From NCBI GenBank assembly GCA_964304625.1, contig OZ199840.1:7943744-8007743 (forward strand): 64,000 nucleotides of DNA, given 5' to 3'. The first letter of the stretch is position 1, and the number at the start of each line of letters is the position of its first letter. The translations under genes and the position numbers were made by a program. Positions 15,069-24,264 of this stretch are shown here, piece after piece. The stretch is from Kudoa neothunni (lineage: Eukaryota; Animalia; Cnidaria). The notes under the pieces were generated by a model that saw nothing but the letters and a program-made list of their open reading frames with translations, searched no databases and had not been told where the DNA came from.

Positions 15069-16940
15069 CGATGGTGGGCAAAGTGCGGCCCGCGAACAAG
15101 TTTTAGAAGGCTGAAAAATTAAAAAATAACTTGTTGACAAATATTTTTGATTTATAAACGTTAATTTTACGCAATTCAGTTATGTGATTTGATATTTTAT
15201 CTACGCTTCCACCCTGCGTATGATTATCGTACGTAATAGTGATCAAATTAGGGTCTAATACACGCTTAAACAAAATAATAGGTTAACAACTTTGGAAAAA
15301 ACTGGTACTTGAAATTCAATTTACTACAAAAGGATCTAAAATTAATTAAATGTTTAAAACCATGAGCATGCGATACTCATATCTAAATTCGAAATTCAAC
15401 GCAATAGGAATCATTATCATATCTTTCATTATAAAGAATGCATTAACGAAAAAATTGTTTATCGCTATATTTAAAATGGTACAAAGTAGATGTAATTTGT
15501 ATCATTTTTTAGATACGCTTAGGGTTTTAAACATAATCGTGTTGTAATAGAGGTGTATCAAAATTTATCAGCTTAATATAGGAATAGTTTTTTAGTTATC
15601 TTCTTGATTTTCTCAAGTGATAATGCGCTCAAACTTCTCTTATTAATCGTTGTTTGTTGACATCACATGCTTGTATAATTAAACATAAATTCCCCCTTGA
15701 TAGCATACAATTAATGATGATTGGACTCAAAAATATTTCTTCACGCATTCAATGGACAAAGCGGTCCGTTGGCTTTGTCTTGAATCAGTTCCTATATTAA
15801 AGAAATATAACTTGATGCGACGGCACCAAATGAAACCTAGGGAATTCAGTGAGAAAATCAACGATAACGACAGAGAACAAATTGTCTTAAAATACTTTTA
15901 AAATTATAGTAAGCAAAGCCAATCAATTAAGAATTAAAACCTTATGATAAATATTTATTTTATTTATTGATATAAATAAGTGAAATTGAAAGAAATAATT
16001 AAGGGTAACAAATAATAATTTATGATAACTTTCTCGGGTGGAATTTATATTCTGAAAAATCATTTTACCAAACCTTAAAACATATGAATATTACATTGAT
16101 AATTACCAAAAATTGTAATTTCAGGTAATTTAAAGTTATATTATACATTGGAATTGAAATACTTCGTAATAAATTTTAAGAAAATTACTTCTATGCGTTG
16201 GTGATATTTAGGTCACAAAAAATTTGGTGTAATCTGAAATATCCCGAATGTAATTTTTTGGGCTAACTTTATTATACTCATATTTATAACTTAGGCCTCT
16301 TTTAGAGTATGATTTGTTATATTGAATGATATATTTAAAATAACCATAAAATAATTCAATCAGAGTTATTGTTTATATATTTCATGTTTACTTAATGAAT
16401 ATTATTAAATTTTATTAAGTATAACGCCTATCATTTCGATCGTTACGTACAAGGAAGTGGCTATTGACACGGATCATAATATCCAGGTAGGTATAGTGTT
16501 GACTGTACTTAATTATTTTTGGCCCCTAAGGAGCGGTAACGATGAGCCAAAAACAATTAAATACAATAGATACTAAAAATTAAACTTTATAAATCAACTA
16601 TAAATTGGAGTGACCGGGATTAAGAATGAGTACTGCGCAAGCGTAGTTGCCAATTTGGATTAGAAACTTCCGTGTCAATAGCCAGTGCCTGCTTTCAATG
16701 GTATACCAATCACATAATTTCTATATTTAAAAAATCTATTTAATTCCTTATTAAGTTTTACTAATTGGAAGCGTTTTTAAATAATTTATATACTTACTTT
16801 TTTGGTTGTACCAAAAATGTTAGAAAAACTACTAACTGATATTTAAATTATCAAAAAAACGGGTAATCAACAATGCGACCCTCCATGCTTCTGTAACGCG
16901 CTAATATGTCCCGCACCCCTAAAAGTTGTGTCCACCACTG
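15069..16940. mobile_element. Non-autonomous hAT (Buster/Charlie-type) element
   Basis: Left end CGATGGTGGGCAAAGTGCGGCCCGC, right end TTGTGTCCACCACTG. Near-identical 8-bp TSD CATTAGAT (15061-15068) / CACTAGAT (16941-16948) with central TA. Confidence 0.75.
16459..16683. mobile_element. MITE (PIF/Harbinger-like) nested in the hAT element
   Basis: Perfect 15-bp TIR GGCTATTGACACGGA / TCCGTGTCAATAGCC, flanked by a 3-bp direct repeat AGT on both sides. Confidence 0.75.
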
Positions 16941-17498
16941 CACTAGATATTTTATTGATGTTTTTATCCATTTTCTTTTATGAAACAAGATATATATAAT
17001 ATTAAAAATGACAAAAATATTAATGTCAAGTTATTATAACATCAAATCATCGATTTAATGAATTTTATTGTAATATGTGCAATCTAATTAGTGACAAAAA
17101 AACTCGTCAAAACAATTTCAGAAAATTTTTTCCTTTAATTTTGATTAAAATTTCATATTCTCTTTAAAAAATTAGAGGAAAATTATGTAATGAAAATCAA
17201 CATCAAGCATTTTTAGCTATAAATGCAAAATTTCATTAATTATACAACAGAAATAATTTAAATAAAAATTAAGTTATTCTAATTTTAGTCCCCTTATGGG
17301 ATTTAGGTGCAATTTAAACTATACTACTTTTCGAATTATAATAGAAATAGACTTGATACCATTTATAGAGAAAATAATCAGACTGTCGCATATTATTATT
17401 ATTAATTCAAACAAAATTCAATTTCTATCTATCATTGTACTAGCAACAAGTGATTTGATTGTATATATCACCCAGCTGTAATACCGCCATCCTATTGG

Positions 17499-19070
17499 TT
17501 AACAGCATACAATTGGGCATTTGCTAAGACATTCAGTGGAGTTGCAATAGTCTGGACATTTTGCTTGACCTCTAACAATTGCTTGTTCCATCTCTTCGGA
17601 TTTTGGCGGGGAAATGTTATCCTTTGGTTTGTCAGTAGAAGAGGAATTTTCATTGTTATTAGATGCTGACACAGGGCAACACTCTGAACGACATATTGCA
17701 CTGCATTGTTGACCATAGCTTGCACACTCAGGAGGACAATTTAAATTTTGCGGTTGTTGCGTCATACCTGGACTTGGCATGTTCGAGTTTTGATTTGATG
17801 ACATTGATGGGTCACAGCATGCTGCCGGGCACGCGGAATCGTTATTACAATTTGGAGAATTACATTGGGGTGGACAAGCCGTATTCAACAATCCTGCCTA
17901 CAAGAAAAACTTAGTTTTCTACCACCAAAAAATCCTTGTTCTTACAGCTGTATCAAGGAAGGTTTTCAAAGATTGTAAAGAACAACACGAAGGATCACAC
18001 ATTGAATTACAGGATGGATTATTGTTACAATAATCTGGACATTGAGGCTGGATGATTTTACAATAGGATCTACTCAAAATCAAAATACTGGCATGGAGTT
18101 GATTCCAGTTTGAGGAGATTGCATCATAGGAGGAGGATTCATCGGTGCGCTTGGCAGAAGAGGCGGTTCATCTGAAATCGGTACAGGGGCTGTCATCGAG
18201 AAATGACCTTCACAGCATTGTGGGGTACATGATGGCGCACAACTCTGAGAGCATGGATTAGGACAAGCCAATGTCCAACTATGAATTGTTCAATCGTAAT
18301 GACAACAATCTTAAGCGCTACCTTCCTGTAGGCACCATATTTGATGGTCTTCTCGTGGTTGTTATTGGATATGCTGGTTGAGGTGTAGTTGTTATCTGGT
18401 CCATCTCGTAGTCTTCTTCAATGGGAGTAACATCTGGTTCATCTTGATTGTCATTGGCTTCGTGTTTACTCTTCGTTTTGGTTATTTTTCCTCGATGTTC
18501 ATCTTTTTATAATAGTTTTATAAAAATTGAGTATTTGATAATCCTACCACTAGAACTAGAATCTTCAGATTCACTCTCTTTGTCATCGGACTCCTCTTCA
18601 GAATTATCATTGTTAGAACTCTCCTCTGAATCCGAGGATTCTAATAATAAATATTCGATTCGAAATAATAAGATACACTTATAGTACCTTCTTCTGGGGA
18701 TTCAGTTACGGGTTCTTCTTCATTATTTGTTTCTATTTGTTTTTTAATTCAGAAAAGTCAAAAAATCACACCTTCTTCTGCGACTTCATGTCGAGTAGAA
18801 TCAGTGTTGGAGTTGTTTTCTTCACTTTCACCTATTCCACAACATACAAACATTGTTTTGTATGATATTTACCTTCATCCGCATCGGGGCTCACGGTTGT
18901 TGTCTTATGATTCTCATTCTTGATCTTTTCTAAATTCTAGTGAATTAAGTCACATTTCTATTTGTACGTTTAGTTGGTCCTTTTTTATTGTTTAGTGTTT
19001 TCAGATCGATAGCATGAAGTAAAATCAGATACAATGTAAAACAAAAAATCAGTCTTTTATGTTGAAACAT
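17499..19070 (-). CDS. Secreted collagen-less nematocyst/polar-capsule protein: signal peptide + acidic Ser/Glu/Asp region + five minicollagen-type CRDs (409 aa, 9 exons)
   Basis: Exons 19070-18968, 18929-18873, 18831-18772, 18732-18688, 18640-18548, 18502-18322, 18278-18089, 18047-17946, 17897-17499 join in frame through GT-AG introns (1230 nt). N-terminus MFQHKRLIFCFTLYLILLHA. CRDs: CPNPCSQSCAPSCTPQCC, CPDYCNNNPSCNSMCDPSCC, CPPQCNSPNCNNDSACPAACC, CPPECASYGQQCSAICRSECC, CPDYCNSTECLSKCPIVCC*. Confidence 0.85.
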
Positions 19071-19934
19071 TTTATTTAACCCTCTCATGGGTATGTAAGA
19101 AAAGGAAGGAACAACGTCTCTAGGATTTCAACAAGTAGTAATTGAAATAAACTTGTCACCTACGTAAAAGGACGCAGTTTGTCTTTCAAGGAGATATTCA
19201 CAGTTTATTCAATATTTAATTAAATAAGATAATGAAATAAGGACATTCTTACTAGATATATCAATTATAACTATCTATGGATTTTAATGCATATTCGAAG
19301 ACAACCCTTGGGGTATTCTTTATAAATTTCGGAAACTAATACAATATCTATAATTAATGAAAACAGAATTAACATATTTTTTAAATAAGTCAGCAGTTTG
19401 AGCTTGTATATAAAAACTTATGTAGTTGCTGTAATATTAAAATATGATATCTAGTTATTTAGGTTAATTTTGGGAGAATAAATTAAATTTTCATCACAGG
19501 ATAGTCATATTTAAAAAAATAGCTAAAGTCAAGATATAATCAAAATTATTCATCATTTTAAAATACAATTAAGAGATACTATAAAAATGCATACAATATT
19601 TAAGACCAAATTTATTATTACAATTAAGTATACTTCAGCGTAAATATGGAGATTACATAGTAAAAGCAATTCCGAGATGGAAAATTAATAAAACAAGCCT
19701 CCTAACACCATCGGGAATCAATAATACACAGTTAAACGCAAAAGAAACTATACTATGAAAGAAGTTTTAAAATAATTAAAAGAATGACATATAAAGTTAC
19801 CTAGAACTCGCTATTCGTACACAAAAACCCGAAACTGCACAAAAACACACAATGAATGAACCTACTATAATGTCCCTAATAGTAAGAAAAATGATAAAGC
19901 TACTATAAAATTTTTATTGAAATCTATTGACTGC

Positions 19935-20575
19935 TTAATGCTTATAGCAGCATGTTGGGTGGCAAGATGTAGTGCAACTTTTTGTGCATATATAAGGACA
20001 TGGTGGAGGTGGTGGTGGGGGAGCAGGGGCACCTGGCAATCCTGGTGGGCCGGGTGGTCCAGGTGGTCCTGGAAGTCCTGGTTGCCCCATATTTCCTCTT
20101 GGTCCCATTGGTCCCTATTTATAGAACAAGCAATGAGATTATTTAACGAAGAAACGCAAAAAATGTTGGAAATGGAATGAAATAATTACTGAAACTCCGT
20201 TTGGTCCGGCTGGTCCAGCAGCTGCTCCTGGTTGACCTGGTGCACCGGCACCGCCAGGCAGTCCCATTGGTCCTGGGGGTCCAGGAGGTCCTGGTGGTCC
20301 TTGCGGTCCTGGTTGTCCAATTGGTCCTGGTGATCCTTGAGGTCCTGGTGGAGGTGGAGGAAGAGGAGCTGCACAACAAACTGGTGTACATAGTGGAGCG
20401 CATATTGCCGGACATCCATAATCACATACTTGAGGACTTCTTTTTTCTAAAAAATAATTTTTGGCTTCAATAAATTTTCGATTCTGCAACCAATAAGATT
20501 ACCCTTCAATCTTGGAAGCGATGCGAAAGTATATGAGATCAAGCAAGCAAGAATGGGGAGGGTGAACATAACCAT
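19935..20575 (-). CDS. Ncol-1: Minicollagen, Ncol-1 type (169 aa, 3 exons)
   Basis: Exons 20575-20503, 20446-20190, 20114-19935. Signal peptide [20 protein letters not shown] propeptide site, [22 protein letters not shown], polyPro, 14+13 Gly-X-Y triplets broken by one Ala, polyPro, [25 protein letters not shown]. Confidence 0.93.
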
Positions 20576-20847
20576 TTTCCTAAATTGTATGCGCTTGGTG
20601 TCAAGTCCGCTTAAAAGTTATGTAAATAAAAATTGTGAGAATCCTTAAACGTAGACGAATGCAAGCACAATAATTTGGAGCGTCTTTACATTCAAATGTT
20701 ATTATCTACATGGTTATGGTGCAAGTTTGGCAATTGTTTTCAAATCTCTAGTGGTTATATTTAATTTTGTTATTAGAGTAATTGAAATGTTGGATACATT
20801 CTACAGGGTGTTGATTTCCATTTAAATTGGTTGACGCAAAGTAGCAA
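20576..20847. promoter_or_regulatory. Putative bidirectional promoter between divergent minicollagen genes
   Basis: Only 272 bp separate the two divergent ATGs (20575 on minus, 20848 on plus). Confidence 0.65.
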
Positions 20848-21596
20848 ATGGAAAAACATCTGAAATATTTTTTCATTTTGTATATATGTTTTAGAAACAC
20901 CTTAGGATTAGGTAAAATGATTAATTACAATTTTTTTATTCAATTTTTCGAACAGATAGACGATCTCCTCAGTTATGTGGTTATGGCTGTCCATCTAGTT
21001 GTCATCCGATGTGCCTTCCATCGTGTTGTACCGCGGGGGGACCTTCTTCAAGTGCTGTATTGGTTTCTGGTCCACAAGGACCACCTGGACCTCCAGGGCC
21101 ACCAGGAATCCCAGCTCCACCTCCATTACCGCCTCCCCCTCCGCTACCGGCTCCAGCAGCAACATCATGCCCTCCCATCTGTATAACAACCTGCATTAAA
21201 AGTTGTCCCCTAAAGTGTTGTGCTCCCCCAGCTCCCCCTGCACCAACTCCTGTGTTGCCACCATGCAATCCTATTCAGTGTACCCAAGTTATGCCGAACG
21301 TCTGCAACCCTTCGTCATGTATACCTCCTCCAATGCCAATTGTTTCTCCTACTCCTATTGTGATGTGTGGAGCAAGACCGTGTGTTCCACCACCACCACC
21401 ACCACCTCCACCTCCACCTCCTCCCCCAAATTCTGCGTGTATTACGTACTTATGTGAACCACAACCAGTTGCATCCCCGCCACCACCTCCACCCCCTCCT
21501 CCTCCGCAGCCAGTACCTTGTAATCCATGCCCAATTCCAATAAAACCGATATGTTCGCCTCAAGGATGTATAAGCCCTCCAAATATTTGCTGCTAA
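20848..21596 (+). CDS. Ncol-4: Atypical minicollagen, Ncol-4-like (234 aa, 2 exons)
   Basis: Exon 1 20848-20911 (MEKHLKYFFILYICFRNTLGL), 44-nt intron 20912-20955, then DRRSPQ-LCGYGCPSSCHPMCLPSCC, only 5 Gly-X-Y triplets, polyPro, CPPICITTCIKSCPLKCC, and a long Pro/Cys tail ending in CC*. The minicollagen call is firm; the Ncol-4 label is from recalled architecture. Confidence 0.8.
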
Positions 21597-23040
21597 TTTT
21601 TTGGAGACTTTACTTAGTGAAAACTAGATCCGTATATTATGGTTTTAAATGAACTCAATCTATATTTTGTATGTGGTGATATTATACCATAACTTTGTTG
21701 GCTACCAATATTATAATGCTAATTGTGCCTTCATTCAAGAAATTCTGTTTTGCATCATAAAGTAATAACTTTGTAATAATAGATTTTGGCTCATATGAAA
21801 ATCTATTTTAAATAAGTTTCCCAATTTTTTTAAAATGATAACGTAAAACTTATATATTTTTATTTTTATTAAAAATCAGCTATCAAAAATAAGACAAAAA
21901 TATTTTTCAAATGTGTGTTCTCTACATTTTTTAATTTTTATTCAACTAATAAATATATCATCATGCAATTATAATGATTATTATTATCAAAATTTATTTA
22001 TTTATTATACAATCGTAAAATGATAAAGGCAGAATCAAATTTATTATTCATGAACACATCTATTCGGTATATTTCAATTTCATGGATACATTTTAGATTT
22101 TTATAATTTCTTGTATGAGAAAATGTTCCATTATCTATAATGTATAACTTTTTTAAACAATAAAATTCTGTGAATACTTATAAAAAAGAATAAATGAAAT
22201 TTAAAATATAGTTAAAAGCTATAATGTAATGATTTTTTGTTTAAACAAATCCGTTATGAAGAATTTTAATTAATTCAACTGCGATCTTCCTTACCGTTGA
22301 ATTTTTAAATTTTAAGTTTCTATTGATCCCATCAAATTAATCCCTTGTGTGCAATTTTGACTATAATTGCTTGTGTCCTATTACTCCGCCTTAAAGGATC
22401 TGGAATAATTTAATATAAAGTGTGTGTAAGAAATAAACTTTTTCTAGCGCATGAAAATGAGAGCTGCGTAGATTTATAATTGATATTGCGTACGCGCAAA
22501 TTACTTTAGGAATAAATAAGTATCCACAAATAAAAACGGTTATGTAAACAAACGGTAAAACGTAATAAATGCAATTATTGATTTAAAACTAATTTATTAT
22601 GAACAAAATATTGTATGTAAAGTAAAAATTTTCGTCTATTTATGTAAGGATTCTAAAAGGATTGATATAACTATGTTTTAAATAAATTATATTCTATGGA
22701 TTTTAAAAATAATTTTACAGTTAATATAAGATTTTTTGTAAGTAAACTATTATCCAATTCGGTTACTACAAGATCAGCTCAATCAAAATAATAAAAAATT
22801 GATAACATACGATAAATGGATTCAGTAAAATAAATGTCTACATTAAAACGAAAATATTACATTTATAATTAAAGTCCACGCAAGCGAAAAAAGTTTTTCT
22901 TGATATTCGAGTATACCATTTGGTTTCTAATAGCTATAATCATTTTTATATAATTAATATAAAAAAATTTGTAATAAAAATTGGGGTTAAACTACAGTTT
23001 GTAATTGTAATGGTGTACAGTCGTAATCGTTCACGTTTAA

Positions 23041-23269
23041 CCCTTAAGAGCTAACCATTGGATTCGAGCGTCGACCATTCTATTATTTTGTTGTGAAACT
23101 TGGTTTATTTTGTGTACTTTTGCCAAAAGTTTAATTAATTAATTTTATTATATTAGTCGGTAGATCATGCTTTTTTTAAAGTAGTTAAAATTCTTGCGAA
23201 TATCAATAAAATTTATTAACCGAATAATACATAGGTGGGCGCGTGGAGTCCATGGTTATTATTTAAGGG
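23041..23269. mobile_element. piggyBac-type MITE
   Basis: TTAA|CCCTTAAGAGCTAACCATTGGA ... TCCATGGTTATTATTTAAGGG|TTAA, i.e. imperfect TIRs with TTAA TSDs. Confidence 0.75.
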
Positions 23270-24132
23270 TTAATTTAAGAAAATAACTTTTTACGTTATA
23301 CTTATTTTCCTCACTTTCAAGTACGCCTAATAAGTTACAAACAACCCTAACCATAAAAAAATGTTTTTGTCTAAAATACAAAAATCTGCCAAATCACTTA
23401 TTACTAATTAGGTGTACTCCAGCGAATTCCGAAAAATTTCAACTTTATTAGTAAATAAGCTTATTAATGATTTTTTGAAGCTATGAAATATTTCTGTGTT
23501 AAGAAAAATCTTTCCCGCGCTGGCATTTGAAATTGTGGCAGATATTTTTCTTAAATATCTAGACGTCTGCCGACACCAAATTCACATTCATAAGGTTCAT
23601 GGGAGGTATAACTAATAATTGAATATAACTACATAATTTTTAACTGAAATAGTATCTAAATTAATAAGATCAATTCTAATTACGCAGTTATTTACAAAAA
23701 AATTGGCATATAAACAACAAAAAAGTCAAAATTTACGAACTTCTAATAGGTAGAATGCATAAAATTTAAATAAATAATTTAATAATCAATTAAATAACTT
23801 TTTAATTAGAAAAATTATATTTATTATCCCCTTTTTCTCTCACACGAACTTAACCCAACTATCACTGTATACACCACTCACATTCGTATTTTATTTTTAA
23901 AATAACTCTTATCTAAATTCAATTGGTTTTTACCTCCTCCAAAAGAGGGCATAACCTTTCTAAATTCTGTCAATATTTCGCGCAGGCGTGTGAATCATTT
24001 GATTAAATATTTTCTTATTCTGTTTTTCAATATATTTACAACATTTAAACTTTAAAGTAACTTATATTTCCTCTGGAAATGTGTAAATCACAATATCTAA
24101 CGGAATACAACATTCGTCAAAAGAAAAGGCGC

Positions 24133-24162
24133 GGGATAATTGCGCGCAAGCGCAATTATCCC
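24133..24162. repeat. Perfect 13-bp inverted repeat with 4-nt GCAA loop upstream of SMC4
   Basis: GGGATAATTGCGC-GCAA-GCGCAATTATCCC, about 100 nt before the SMC4 ATG. Confidence 0.9.
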
Positions 24163-24264
24163 AATTGTGATATCAAGATAGCGCTGTACAAAGATAAGGT
24201 AACGTGTGTCGACAACTCTAATCGGCCATACTAACTCAATTAATTAATTTACACGAGTAGGTGA

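Noticed and set aside
17440-17490. Tiny minus-strand ORF MAVLQLGDIYNQITCC* just after the CRD gene stop, also ending in CC
   Set aside because: Only 16 codons with no CRD spacing. No plausible intron joins it in frame to the gene, so it is likely chance.
19917-21457. Many overlapping ORFs in alternative frames and strands over the minicollagens
   Set aside because: Shadow ORFs caused by GC-rich Gly/Pro codon repeats that lack stop codons.
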